NCBI GenBank assembly: GCA_964016885.1
Contig: OZ024751.1
Location: 4,960,001-5,024,000 of the forward strand
Direction: 5' to 3'
DNA length: 64,000 bases
From: Eledone cirrhosa
Lineage: Eukaryota
Program-made: the position numbers and the translations under genes
Part shown: piece by piece, positions 28,172 to 42,530 of the stretch
How the letters are laid out: each line of letters opens with the position of its first letter
Numbering within the stretch: the stretch's first letter is position 1
Notes under the pieces: generated by a model
Told to the model about the DNA's origin: nothing
The model's database searches: none
Seen by the model: the letters and a program-made list of their open reading frames with translations, nothing else

Positions 28172-31100
28172 AATTCAAAATATTAACAAAGTAGATATTC
28201 TTGTGATCAAGTATATTTTATCATACATACTACATGGTTTGCCCCCCCCCCTGCTTCTGTAGCAATAAAAACATCACTAGCTAATCTATTCTTTAAAGCT
28301 TTAGATAATTCCTTCCCTATTCAACATAAATACCGTTCCATATTTAATAGACACAATTAAGCTTTCTTATTCCACAACTATGAATATGGCTCAAAACATC
28401 GCTAAATTAAATAGTAGAATTCTAAACCAGAATCAGCATACTTTTAACAATAATGAATATAATAACACTAACAATATTGATACTATTAACAGCAATATAA
28501 GCACATCAATGGAACATTTCGAAGTAATAATAGTGTTAATATAAATTATAATAATAATAAATCGAAATGTAATTGTAGAAATAAACCAGATTGCCCTCTG
28601 CAAAATAATTGTCTGAATAGAAATTTGGTGTATAAATGCACCGTAAAAGCAAATAACATCACATACAACTACATAGGGGCAACTTCTTCGACATTTAAAT
28701 CGAGATTTGGGAATCACAAATGCTCTTTTTCGAATTCTAATAGGAAGTCTTCGACTTCTTTATCACAACTTATATGGTCATTAAAAGACAAAAATTTTAA
28801 ATACTCGATTTTTTGGACGAAGCTATGTAATAGTAGAATCTACTCGAATTCGTAAATATCACCTAACTGCAACCTCTGTACTATGGAGACCCTATTAATA
28901 ATTACTAATTATGAAAACTTAATTAACAAAGAAAGTGAATTATTCTCAAACTGCCTTCATAAAGCTTTGTCTACATTCCAAGCCTCGCAAAAAGTCAGGA
29001 AAAAACACGAAATAAACAGGTTTTAATTTTTGACGTCTCTTATCAACTGTGTACCTAAACGTTATAACAGATTATAAAACTTTAATAATGTTTTATTTTC
29101 TATTCATTTATGATAGAATTAATGTTAGACTGAAGCATCCTGTTTAGGTATATAAACATATTATCTGTTAACTTGTTCTTTTGATGAATATGCACACCTT
29201 TTAATTATTTTAGATATATATAATTAAGATTGGGATCCTTATATATTTGTTTTTGTTTTAAATATATAACTTGGATATATAACTTGTAAGATTACCGGTT
29301 ACAATTGAACCGTAAATCATTCATGCATTTATATATTTTACACATTTTGAGTATGTTTTAGGATTCGGAAAGTTAGATTTGTACATATATATATATACGA
29401 TATTAAACAAATGGAAACTACATTTATAAAACCATATTTATTTCATTATATATATTTCAGGGATATCATATTAAAAATATGGTATGCCCTCATCAGACAA
29501 AATACAATATATAAACAGTTTTATAAATAAATTTGACATACCTTGGAAAATTTACAACTTCCATTTAAAAAGTTGTTATGGTAGTGAGAATGTTAATGAC
29601 AGTTAGAAAGAAAGACGGAGAAAAAAGAAAAAGAAGGAAAAAAAAAAAGAAAAAGAAAGAGCGGAAGGTGAAGAAGATGAAGAAATGTATGTAAAGAGAA
29701 AACCCCAAATGAGAGATTTATGAGGGAAGGGGGTACTGTAATTATTTATTTATTTATTTATTTATTTAGTGTTAAGGATACGGGGAGAAATAAAACAAAA
29801 ACAAAAATAAATAAATAAGGAGAGGTAGATCGAGTAATATCTATTATACGAGGTGGGAGAGATAGGGGAGGGGTGAGATACAGGAGATAGAGTTAAAATA
29901 GCCGATACATAAGTCCCGTTAAATGTAGAGGGAGGAGGAGAGGAGATATACTTAGAAATCTGAAAACTTGAATTATGTCAACTTTAACTCCAACCACCCC
30001 AGATCTGTTAAAAATACTATAGTGAACTCTGTTCAAAAACGTATCTCTAGAATCTCATCTAATAAAAATATTTTCGACCAAAAAGCCCAGTATTACAATG
30101 AAGCGTTAGCTAGAGCAGGATATAGTGATAAAATTATGTACATCGATAATAATAGACAAACTAACCAAAATAACAACAATTTTAATTACGGTAACAACTT
30201 TAACAACTATAATAGAAAGAATTACAATAATTCCAAAAACCAGAAAAGAAATAGAACTAGAAACATAATTTGATTTGCCCCCCCCCCCCTCTCACTAAAC
30301 ATTAAAACCCACATCGCTAAACTATTTTTTAATGCTCTTGACAAACGATTCCCTAGAACACATAAGTATCACACAATTTTCAATAGACATACTATTAAAT
30401 TAACGTACTCGTCCACCAAAAATTTAGCACAAAATATTAATAGAATAAATAATAGGAATCTAAAACCTAGCCAAAATACCGATAATAGCATAAACAATAT
30501 TCAAGTAAACAACTGTAACTGTAGAGATAGATCTAAATGCCCGTTAAATAACAATTGCTTAGTTAAAAATATAATATACAACTGTAATGTTAAAACTGAC
30601 GTAAATTCTTTTAATTATGTTGGTTCCACCTCGACAGAATTTAAACTTCGCTATAATAATCACAAGAACTCTTTCACGGATCCAAACAAAAAATCTTCAA
30701 CATCACTATCAGGCTTACTCTGGCAACTTAAACATGATAACGTTGGATATTCGATGGTTTGGAATATAGTCTCAAGAGGGATTCCTTTTAACTCCTCCTC
30801 TGAGACATGTGACTTCTGCGCGGAGGAGATATTCTTTATACTGAAATCTAAAAATTCCCTTAATTTACGGACCAATTTATTCAGTTGCTGCAGACATAGA
30901 TTGAACTCAACTTTTAAATATAAATATAAATTTAAAATGTAGTATATTTACTTAAGACTTTTAATTACTTTTTAATTATTTTTTAATTATTTTAGAAAAC
31001 TTGGCGATAAATCTTTCGATTCCTTCAATTCTTTAAACCTTCTTCATGAGTATATAAATAATAATGTAATTAAACTACCTTAAAATGGTGATGCTCCCAA

Positions 31101-32075
31101 ATCTATTGAATAAAATTTGTAAGCTAGATAAACTTCTATAATAAATATAAGAGCATCTGTAGAACAACCGGGTATCCTAAAGTTTTTTTTTTTGAATGAT
31201 TTCTGCTAAATAAGTTTGGTGAATAATTTTGGCTTTGTTTGCTTTTGATTCTGATTGCTTCTAATGAACTTGGTAATATATTGTCAAATAAATTGGAAGG
31301 ATTGATTGATATGCGGGGCGCAATGTGTTTTTTACGGCCCTAGATATTCTGGGGAGTGAAATATTCTTGGCCTTTTTAATATTTTAATATTTTAGTATTT
31401 TAATATATTGATATCTGTTCTATTCTATGCTTGAACGATAATCATGTATGAGAGGGCAAGAATATTATTATTATTACTAATAATGTATATTTTATGTATA
31501 TGTATGTATGTATGTACATATATGTACGGTAAAATCTATTTTAACGCAATGAAGCTTTTCATGTAAAATAAAAATTTACAGAGCTGTTCACGTAGGCTCA
31601 CATATGTCTATAATGTCAATTTGAGATAACCTTCTCTTTTCCTTTCTCTTTTTCTTTTTCTCTTTTTTCATGAAAATACATATATACTTATGTATTTCAG
31701 TATTTTTTTGAAGTTTTATCTCAGATTTTGATTGTAAACCTAAGAATTTTTAAACTAAACATATAGTCATTATTTTTTCACACATTATTGATATGTGTCT
31801 CATTCATGAATATTGATATTTACATTATAATTAATAGGAATTGATAGACTGATGAAACATAATATTTTAAAACTATCATTTTTATTTCTAAGTATATCTC
31901 CTCTCCTCCCTCTACATTTAACGGGACTTATGTATCGGCTATTTTAACTCTATCTCCTGTATCTCACCCCTCCCCTATCTCTCCCACCTCGTATAATAGA
32001 TATTACTCGATCTAGCTCTCCTTATTTATTTATTTATTTTTGTTTTTGTTTTATTTCTCCCCGTATCCTTAACAC

Positions 32076-32108
<33 letters not shown>

Positions 32109-34470
32109 ACAGTACCCCCTTCCCTCATAAATCTCTCATTTGGGGTTTTCTCTTTACATACATTTCTTCATCTTCTTCACCTTCCGCTCTTTCTTTTTTT
32201 TTTTTTATTTTTCCTTCTTTTTCTTTTTTCTTTTTTCTCCGTCTTTCTTTCTAACTGTCATTAACATTCTCACTACCATAACAACTTTTTAAATGGAAGT
32301 TGTAAATTTTCCAAGGTATGTCAAATTTATTTATTAAACTGTTTATATATTGTATTTTGTCTGATGAGGGCATACCATATTTTTAATATGATATCCCTGA
32401 AATATATATAATGAAATAAATATGGTTTTATAAATGTAGTTTCCATTTGTTTAATATCGTAAAATACTCCAAAATCCGTTGAGTGCTTTTATATCAGTTA
32501 TAAAATATTTACTCGTTGTAACCCAACAATTTTAAATAAAATTTTTGCATATATATATATATATATATTTTATATATATTTAGGTATAAATGTCACAAAT
32601 CATACTAGTCGACAAATATTGTGTCTTTCTTTCCACTAAACTGGAGGTAAAACTACAATTATAACATTACTAATAATGATTGTAATTATTTATTTATTAT
32701 ATGTATATAGTTTCACTAATACCTATAATACTCACTCTATATATTTGAACAAATTTGTTTATCTAGTATAATAACATGCTCCTAGTTACATTTATAAGTA
32801 TTTTGGATTCTCAAATGACTCTCTATTGTTATAATTGTTAGATATTTCCTTAATGTTCTAAATTATATAACGATTATTACTTAATTTAATTTAATTTATT
32901 TTAATTAAATTCGGTTTACCTTCGGGTCATTCAAATCCTTAGCTCCTCCTTCTATCATCTTCGTGGACACTTTAGAACTGTTGTTAGTCTACTATATAAA
33001 TTAAATAAAAAAACTCTCTTGCATTTTAAACTATATTTTTTGATATTGGGCACTTTTATGATCGCAAACAATTCATTAATTTTACTTTTCTCACTTTTTA
33101 TTTTGAATCTAGTCCTTATCCTTAGGACTCATAAAGTTTTGACTTGTATATTTATAGTATATATCTATTAAATGATCCTATTACAATAATTGATCTAAAA
33201 CATTAATTTTAACAATATTTTCAGTAACTTATTTATTGTATTGTATTATGTTATGTCTAATTGAGAGGTATCATCTTAAGACATAGGACAATATAATCTT
33301 TGTGTATTTTTTTTTATAAACGCATATATATAATTTAATGATCAAACTTTTTAAAGTTTAATTATAAGGCCTGTTGATCCTTTAGGCATTCAAATTGTTA
33401 ATCTTAAAATTCTTAAAAAATTATAACTGTAATTATTTTCTAAATTATATAATATAAGCTATTTTCAATATAATATAAATAATTTAATATTATATAATAA
33501 ATTTAGTAAAGTTTACCTTCATGAGGTTGTAAAAACATTATGTTTTCTTTCTCGTGTTTGTAAATCCTTTAAATTTGATTTCATAAAATTTGATTTTATA
33601 AATTAAATATGATAGTATACTTTAATATTAATACAGATATTTATTAACTTTTATAACCTAAAATATTATTCATTATTCTGAACTAACTTAAATTAAATGA
33701 TTTGAATGTTAACGGTCAACCAGATATGTTTGGATATATATTGTATATATAGATAATTGTCTAAAGACTTGGTATTAACCTTCATATGAATACATCCAAT
33801 TATATTTAAAATTCCGATTGATGAATATTTTTAGATATTTCAATAATTCAATGAATTAAGTTTTTTTCTTTTTCCTAAAGCTAAGCTCAAATGTTGTTCT
33901 AATTTAATATCTCCCTATATTATTACACTATAAAAGTTATTCCTCTTTATTATCTCTCTCTGTAATCAACTCTCTTATGTTTTCTAGGCTCCTACTAGCT
34001 ATATTATTCCCTCATCTGTTTCTTCCTCTATGCCTTTCTTTTCTTTCCTCTTTCTTCAGTAATTTATATTATTTGAATCTTTAACAGTTATTTTGCTGCC
34101 ATGTATTTTTTAAGCTTTCTCACACACACCCTCTCTATTATATGTATTATATGTAGTTTTTTTCATGTTTTCAATATTACGGTATATAAATATTGAGTTT
34201 TGTCATATATTACTCACTACCTGAATCTTAACCATCTACTATGTCAGGGTATGTCATGCATCATCTTATTTTATCTGATGAGGACGTACTGTTGAAGTTA
34301 ACACAGTGTCTCTGAAATATGTCTCATAAAATATACTTGATCACAAGAATATCTACTTTGTTAATATTTTGAATTAATATTAATAACTCCAGAAAAGCCA
34401 TACTGTTGAGTGCTTCCAATCTATTGTAAAACTCATTCTTTGATTTATTCATTGAACCTTGTTTAACCTT

Positions 34471-34475
<5 letters not shown>
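28170..34475 (+). mobile_element. 5'-truncated PLE (group A) interrupted by a nested PLE; EN remnant ~28230-29025; HHR 34267-34333
   Basis: 28169-28221 is the reverse complement of 34326-34378; CNCRNKPDCPL, VYKCTV..YIGATSSTFKSR; TATTTTAT CTGATGA..GAAA TATGTC TC^ ATAAAATA. Confidence 0.8.
29398..32550 (+). mobile_element. Nested 5'-truncated PLE with ~560-bp inverted pLTR arm; ORF remnant 29960-30942; HHRs 29439-29504 (minus) and 32353-32418 (plus)
   Basis: 29398-29959 is the reverse complement of ~31884-32459; SNHP, CNCRDRSKCPL, YVGST, CDFC; TATTTTGT CTGATGA GGG..CCCt GAAA TATATA TA^ ATGAAATA. Confidence 0.9.
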
Positions 34476-34535
<60 letters not shown>

Positions 34536-34559
34536 ATATATATATGTATATATATATAT

Positions 34560-35292
34560 AATAAATGTAATCTGTGTTTTTCGAATATTAATAATAATAT
34601 TCGATTCTTTTTCAATTATGCACACAAGCCTCATTTTTAAAGCCATGTCATTTTTGCTCTTATGTTGGCATGTGTTTATGTATATTTATATATATATGTA
34701 TATGACATGGCTTCGAAAATGAGGCTTGTTTGCATAATTGCAAACAAATCGAATATTATTATTAATATTCGAAAAACTCAGATTACATTTATTGTATTCA
34801 ACCATGTAGAGCGAAAACATTTTTTTTATTTGACTGTGGCAAAGCCGGCCATTGATCGCTCGTATACAGGAAACTGACTGGCCAGTCTGCTGATATGCAA
34901 ATCTGGCTGATCAGTGGATCTGCTAATATGCAGATCTGACTGATCAGCCAGTCTGCTAATATGCAGATCTGACTGATCAGCCAGTCTGCTAATATGCAGA
35001 TCTGACTGATCAGTCACTGTATATTTTAGAAAATATATATTTTCACTAGCTGTGATATTTGGCAGGTGAACAGTGAGCTGTACTGATGCAGGGTAATATC
35101 CAGAAACATTAGTGTCTACAGTTCTGTTTACATGCCAACATAAGAGCAAGAATAAGGGGCTCATTCTACTGACATGGCTTTAAAAATGAGGCTTGTTTGC
35201 ATAATTGTAAACGAATCGAATATTATAATTAATATTCGAAAAACACAGATTACATTTATTGTATTCAGCCATGTAGAGCGAACATTTTTTTA
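34560..35292 (+). mobile_element. ~467-bp retrozyme-like unit (~1.25 copies) with inverted 5' arm (34560-34674), internal 33-bp minisatellite and variant HHR 35077-35122
   Basis: TGACATGGCTT at 34703 and 35170; GCTGTA CTGATGCA GGGTAATATCCa GAAA CATTAGTG TC^ TACAGT; upstream motifs align with the 487-bp family. Confidence 0.75.
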
Positions 35293-35321
35293 AAAATTAT
35301 ATATATATATATATATATGTA

Positions 35322-35914
35322 TATATCAACTAGAAATTGATTGACATATATATATATCTAAAATAAACATGAAACAATCACATTAGGTAACTAATTAAAG
35401 TTTAACTAGAACTTTAAATATAGATACCTTTTAAAATGAGTAATCTTCCTTGTATATATTTTATTAAAGAAATATATTTCACCATTCAATTGGTAAATCA
35501 CAGTAGTCAAATCACGGATTTTCAACAAGGGAGAAGATTTAACTATCTGTGTTTACACAGCAAATGCAAATCTGTGAATAACCCGTAGCACGTGTTGCAT
35601 TTTTCTTTAAATACACACATCTTACCAGCGTCATCCCAGTGGCGTGAATAGGATTATTCACGCTAGAAATAGCAGCCGAAACCTTTCAACTGAGTTAGCT
35701 CTACAATTAAGGGGCCGTATATATATCCAATATTAAATTAAGGGTGTCATATCCAAGAGACATGCATTTTATATCAACTAGAAATTGATTGACATATATA
35801 TATATCTATATAAAATAAAATATATATCTATATAAAATAAACATATGAAACAATCACAGGGAATAATTTGTAAAGTGTGCTTATACACTTTACAAATTAT
35901 TCCCTGTGATTGTT

Positions 35915-35915
<1 letters not shown>
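35322..35915. repeat. ~448-bp partial tandem repeat ending in a hairpin (35848-35915)
   Basis: TATATCAACTAGAAATTGATTGAC at 35322 and 35770; AAACAATCACAGGGAATAATTTGTAAAGTGT inverted repeat. Confidence 0.7.
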
Positions 35916-36005
<90 letters not shown>

Positions 36006-36574
36006 GTATATATATATGTATATTTATATATATATATGTATCATCATCATCATCATCTTCGTTTAACGTAGCATGGGTTAGACGGGAGTTGTCCCACTTG
36101 AGACAACGCTGGTCAGGTGACCGTGTCTCCCTCATATAGGACTATCTGACAGGTTTTCTACGGTTGGATGCCCTTCCTAACACCAACCACATTTACGGTG
36201 TGGAACTGGGAACTTTTTACCGTGTTACCTACACGGCCACATTACAGCGTGGACTGTGTGTGTTTTGTCGTGACACCGACACAAACTCGATCTCATTTTC
36301 TCGTTCTGTTGGTGGGAGTGGGAGGAAAGGGTAGGGGTAGTAGATTGGGGTCTATATTTGGTTAAGAGGTGCCTACTGACTGTAGGTTTCGCTTTGTACA
36401 TAGGCAAGGCGGGTCTTCTGTATTACTGCATAGCGCCAAAGATCTCGGTCCAGAGACATTGTATATATATGTATATATATATATATATGTATATTTATAT
36501 ATATATGTATATGTATGTATATATATATATATATATATGTATGTTTATATATATATATGTATATTTATATATAT

Positions 36575-36633
36575 ATAAATGTAAGTATGTGTGTATACGT
36601 ACATACATATATGTATACAGACGTACAGTAGCA

Positions 36634-36677
<44 letters not shown>

Positions 36678-36870
36678 CAGGTACACATACATATATGCAC
36701 GTATCAGTTTAGCGGACGCTTATTATAACGCCGCTTTGTTCGTTTGTAAACAAACTGAACAGCCTGAATTTTTATGCCGTACGGTGTTAAGGCAACCACG
36801 TCACCTTTTTGTTCAACACTGACACAGGAACGATGTACTAGTTTCAAGCTTGTTAGCTATCATCAGCACC

Positions 36871-36939
<69 letters not shown>

Positions 36940-37378
36940 TGCTACTGTACGTCTGTATACATATATGTATGTACGTATACCCACATACTTACATTTAAGT
37001 AAGTGCCGTACTAAGAGTGAGAAATGAAATTTCGTTTTCATTTTATTTCAACTTCTCGTTTTCGGTATGCCTGACCGACTCAGCTCACTCGATATGCAAA
37101 TTAGGCTGCTCAGCCGTTAATTTTCATAAGGAAAGTATATACTTTCGAACGTTCAACTATCTGGCAGATGGGTAAACGGTGCTGATGATAGCTAACAAGC
37201 TTGAAACTAGTACATCGTTCCTGTGTCAGTGTTTAACAAAAAGGTGACGTGGTTGCCTTAACACCGTACGGCATAAAAATTCAGGCTGTTCAGTTTGTTT
37301 ACAAACGAACAAAGCGGCGTTATAATAAGCGTCCGCTAAACTGATACGTGCATATATGTATGTGTACCTGTATGTATA

Positions 37379-37426
<48 letters not shown>

Positions 37427-37857
37427 TGCTACTGTACGTCTGTATACATATATGTATGTACGTATACACACATACTTACATTTAAGTAAGTGCCGTACTA
37501 AGAGTGAGAAATGAAATTTCGTTTTCATTTTATTTCAACTTATCGTTTTTGGTATGCCTGACCGACTTAGCTCACTCGATATGCAAATTAGGCTGCTCAG
37601 CCGTTAATTTTCATAAGGAAAGTATATACTTTCGAACGTTCAACTATCTGGCAGATGGGTATACGGTGCTGATGATAGCTAACAAGCTTGAAACTAGTAC
37701 ATCGTTCCTGTGTCAGTGTTGAACAAAAAGGTGACGTGGTTGCCTTAACACCGTACGGCATAAAAATTCAGGCTGTTCAGTTTGTTTACAAATGAACAAA
37801 GCGGCGTTATAATAAGCGTCCGCTAAACTGATACGTGCATATATGTATGTGTACCTG

Positions 37858-37903
<46 letters not shown>

Positions 37904-38018
37904 TGCTACTGTACGTCTGTATACATATATGTATGTACGTATACACACATACTTACATTTAAGTAAGTGCCGTACTAAGAGTGAGAAATGAAATTTCGTT
38001 TTCATTATATTTCAACTT
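36575..38018 (+). mobile_element. 487-bp retrozyme-like tandem array (36935-38018, ~2.2 units) plus inverted arm (36575-36872); HHRs 36830-36872 (minus), 37175-37219, 37663-37705
   Basis: AACGGTG CTGATGA tAGCT-AACA-AGCTt GAAA CTAG TA^ CATCGTT; period 487 bp. Confidence 0.92.
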
Positions 38019-38081
38019 ATATATATATATGTATATTTATATATATATATATGTATATATATACATATATATATATATAAA

Positions 38082-38420
38082 TGGCACATGGCTTAGTGGT
38101 TAGAGCATTGGCCTTGCAATCGAAAGGTTGTGAGTTCAATTCTCAGACCGGGTGATGTGTTCTTTCCTTGAGCAAGACACTTTATTTCACATTGCTCCAG
38201 TTTACTCAGCTGTAGAAATGAGATGATAGGGACTGGGGTCCATATCATTCCACTGCAAAATGGTCGTGGAGGTGCCACGGCAAAAAAGCACCCAGCACTC
38301 ACTGTAAATGAGGTTGGTGTTAGGAAGGGCATCCAGCTGTAGAAATCAAGCCAGCATCAGTTCCCGTCCCACCCTTGCAAGCAGGGAAAAAGCGGACATA
38401 AAATGAAATGATGATGATTA
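38082..38420 (+). mobile_element. tRNA-head/CORE-like SINE with RTE-derived 3' tail; copies 50510-50858 (minus) and deleted 49930-50177
   Basis: A/B boxes, CCTTGAGCAAGACACTT, tail shared with the RTE 3' UTR at 52120-52270, (ATG)n end. Confidence 0.85.
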
Positions 38421-38926
38421 TGATAATATGTACAAAACGAAACCTAGTCAGTAGGCACATCTTACACCCCCATTCCACTACCTCAACTACACCCCCACGC
38501 CCATCAACACCACCCCTTTCTCTGTAAAGTTATGTTGGTACCACAACATCCAGTCCTAAATAAATGAAGTCGTGTGTCATGACAAAAAAACACACACTCC
38601 ACGCTGTAATGTGGCCATGTAGGTAACACGGTAAAAACCTCCCAGTCCACTCTCTAAAAGTGGCTGGTGTTAGGAAGTGCATCCTGCCGTAGAAAACCTG
38701 GCAGACAGTCCTATACGAGCGAGACAACCAATCTTGCCTCAAGTGGGATAATTCCCGTTGAAACCCATGCTAGCGTGAAAGATAGACGTTAAACGATGAT
38801 GATGAGGATGATGATATATGTATGTATATATAAATATATATGTATATTTATATATATATGTATGTATATATATATATAAATATATATGTATATTTATATA
38901 TATATATATATATATGTGTGTGTATC

Positions 38927-39026
38927 GTCTTCAAAATGTTTTTAATTAAACATACAGTATATTGCCAAATATACTGTACATACATTCATGTATACATCGC
39001 TATTTCAGAGCACCAATCCTAATTTC

Positions 39027-39061
<35 letters not shown>

Positions 39062-39356
39062 AATATTGTATATATATATATATTAGAATTGGTCCTCTGG
39101 AATAGCGATGTATATATAGTGTATTTGGCAATACACCGTATGCTTAATTAAAAGCATTTTGAAGACCTTACACTATTGTTTTAAAAAGAGCTCTGAGGAA
39201 TACCAACAGTATGAAACAGAGATCTGTTAGCTTATCTCCCTTTGTTTGTTGAAAAAAGAAGTAAGTGACATAGTCACTACTTTAAAAGAATAGCGTAAGG
39301 TCTTCAAAATGCCTTTAATTAAGCCAATAGTGTATTGCCAAATACACTATATATAC
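38927..39356. mobile_element. Doubly inverted small element with HHR 39188-39233 (plus) in the loop
   Basis: GAGCT CTGAGGA ATAC-CAACA-GTAT GAAA CAGAGATCTG TT^ AGCTT; GTCTTCAAAATG..ATTGCCAAATA in alternating orientation at 38927, ~39120-39166 and 39300. Confidence 0.8.
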
Positions 39357-39407
39357 ATTCATATATATATGTATATATGTAGATCTATGTATATTTATAT
39401 ATATATA

Positions 39408-39539
<132 letters not shown>

Positions 39540-39552
39540 TATGTATATTTAT

Positions 39553-39593
<41 letters not shown>

Positions 39594-40644
39594 AGTGAAG
39601 GCGTGTAGCTGAGTGGTTAGAGAATTGGATTCACAATGTTAAGGTTGTGAGTTCGATTCCTGGACCGGGCGATGCGTTATGTCCTTGGGCAAGACACTTT
39701 ATTTCACGTTGCTCCTTCTACCTGGAGTTGCGACCGATAGATAGTACTAGCAACTGGAAAGACCAACGGAAACATTGTTTCCTCGGTCCGATTTGACGAA
39801 AGTCGATCGCTTAAGAGAATATATATATGTATATTTATGTTTATATATATGTATATTTATAGTAATAATAATAACATTTTGAGACTAAAATCCAAAGAGG
39901 GCTCGATAAGGATAAATATATATCAATTATATAAGAACCATAGAGCAAATATTTATTAAAATAACAGATTAAAGTTTAAGAAAAGAAACGCTGCTTTCAC
40001 CCTTAACGGGATCTTCTGAGTTTCAGATCTTTGCTTAAACTTTAATCTGTTATTTTAATAAAATATGTATATTTATATGTATATATGTATATTTATAAAT
40101 ATATATATATGTATATGTATATTTATATATCTATATTTATATATATATATATGTATATTTATATATGTGTATAATAATACAAGGATGAATAGTTACTCCT
40201 TTATTGTATCATTATGATTGGCAGTATGGTAGAGGGTCGGATGCCATGCTTTGACGCATAGAGTTACTGCCCTTGCCATTCTGAGTTCAAATCCCGCCGA
40301 GGTTAACTTTGACTTTCATCCTTACGGGGTCGATAAAATAAAGTACCAGTAATGCACTGGGTAATTGCTGGCCTTGTGCCAATAGTAGAAAACAATTATT
40401 ATATTACACTCTGTCTAGCTCTACACCTCGCTAGTGACGTGAACCTAAACATCGAGTGCTCACCTTGGTGAACCGGTAGTAACTTCGCATTACACTCCCT
40501 GGATATATATATTCATCATCATCATCATAATCGTTTAACGTCCATCTTCCACGCTAGCATGGGTTAGACGGGAGTTGTACCAATTTGAGGCAAGGTTGGT
40601 TGGGTGACCGTGTCTCGCACTTATAGGACTATCATTATCATCAT

Positions 40645-42530
40645 CATCATCACCGTTTTACGTCCGTTCTTCCACGCTAGCATGGGTTAGCTGGGTTGTC
40701 CTGTTGTGGGCAGTGTCTGGTCGGCTGACCATGCCTTGCTCATACGGGAACTGATTTGGCTTGATTTCTACAGCTGGATGCCCTTCCTAACACCAACCTC
40801 ATTTACAGTGAGTGCTGGGTGCTTTTTCGTGGAGCCTACACGTCCATTTTACAGTGTGGGCTGGGTGCTTTTTTGCCGTGGCACCTCCACGACCACCTTG
40901 CGGTGGGGGGTGTGGGGGCATATTGTCTATATGCTTCAGCTTGTACCCATGGGAGGTCGGGTACTCTGTATTACTGTGTGACGCCAGAGGTCACGGTCGT
41001 GTGTCATTGCCTTTGAGAGGTGTAATTGGGTAAGGTCGGCTTTTATCACCTCATCCCAGGTCATCTTGGGTCTCCCCACTCCACGGTTTCCATTGACTTC
41101 TAGTGCTCTGCACCTTTTTATGCAGCTGTCATCCTTCATACGCATCACATGTCCATACCACCGCAACCGCCTCTCCTGCACACAGCATTTGATTTCTCTT
41201 ATGCTCAGTCTCTCTCTCAATTCATTTATGCTTTGTCGTTCACGTATATTACTGTTACACATCCATCGGAGCATGCAGGCTTCGTTTCTCTCTAACCTAC
41301 GTAAGTCTTCCACCTTTAGCGCCCAGGTCTCACTACCATGCAACATTGCTGTTCGGATACACGCATCATACAGTCTGCCTTTCATTCTGAGGGAGAAGCC
41401 TTTTGCAGCTAGCAGTGGTAGTAGTTGCCTAAACTTCTTCCATCCCGTTCTTACCCTAGTTATTGTACTTTCTGAACACCCACCTCCGCTGCTAATTCGG
41501 TCACCTAGGTAGCAGAAGCTGTCTACTGTTTCTACAGAGCCCTCCCAGAGATTGGTGGTACTTGTTTCCTGTGGCTGTTTGCTGCCTGCTGTCTCAGCAC
41601 AGCTGCTGCATGTGAAGCCTACATTCTTAATTAAGCTTCCTGAGATCCCGCTACATCTCTTGTGTACCCATTGTTTGCATTTGGGGCAGAGAATGGAGTT
41701 CCTACCTACACCTTTCCTACATACTGAGCAACACCATTTCCCTGAGGGGATCTGGGTTCTGTTTTCTCGTCTACTTACAAGGACCTTAGTCTTTGTCATG
41801 TTGACTTTGAGACCCTTTCTTTCTAGTCCCTGCTTCCAAGTTTGGAATTTATACTCTAGTTCTACCATAGATTCAGCTATAAGTGTGAGGTCATCAGCAT
41901 ACAGGAGTTCTCATGGGCATCTGGTCTTAAACTCCTCCGTTATTGCCTGCAGGACTATGAAGAACAGGAGGGGGCTAAGAACAGAGCCCTGGTGGACCCC
42001 AACCTATACGCTAAATTCCTCGCTATACTCATTGCTAATCCTAACTTTACTGACTGCTCCCCTATACATGGCTTGTACCGCTTTCACAAGCCATTCATCT
42101 ACTCCTAGTTTTCTAAGAGCCCACCAGATTACAGCACGTGGAACTCTGTCAAAAGCTTTTTCAAGTTCGACAAATGCCAAGTAGAGTGGCTTACTTTTAG
42201 CTAGGTACTTTTCCTGTAACTGCCTCACAAGGAATAGGACATCAGTGGTGCCTCTTCCTGGTACAAACCCAAATTGCATCTCGTCTATTTTCACCCGGTC
42301 CCTAATCAACTGTGCTATAACTCTTTCTGTTACTTTCATGACCTGGTCCATCAACTTTATACCTCTATAGTTTCCTCTATCTAGTGCATCACCTTTACCT
42401 TTGTAGCAGTTGACAATGATGCTACTGCACCAATCTTTTGGTATGACACCTTCTAGTATTACCTGGTTAACAATACGTGTGGTTATAGTGTGACCTACAG
42501 ACCCAGATGCCTTCAGCATCTCGGCAGCTA
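40645..42530 (-). mobile_element. 5'-truncated RTE-clade LINE (RT with stops, Cys-rich domain, 3' UTR, (ATG)n tail)
   Basis: YKGKGD..NYRGIKL, QFGF..GRGTTD, LEKAFDRVPR, YADD, HGSETW, LRWYGHVMR. Confidence 0.95.
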
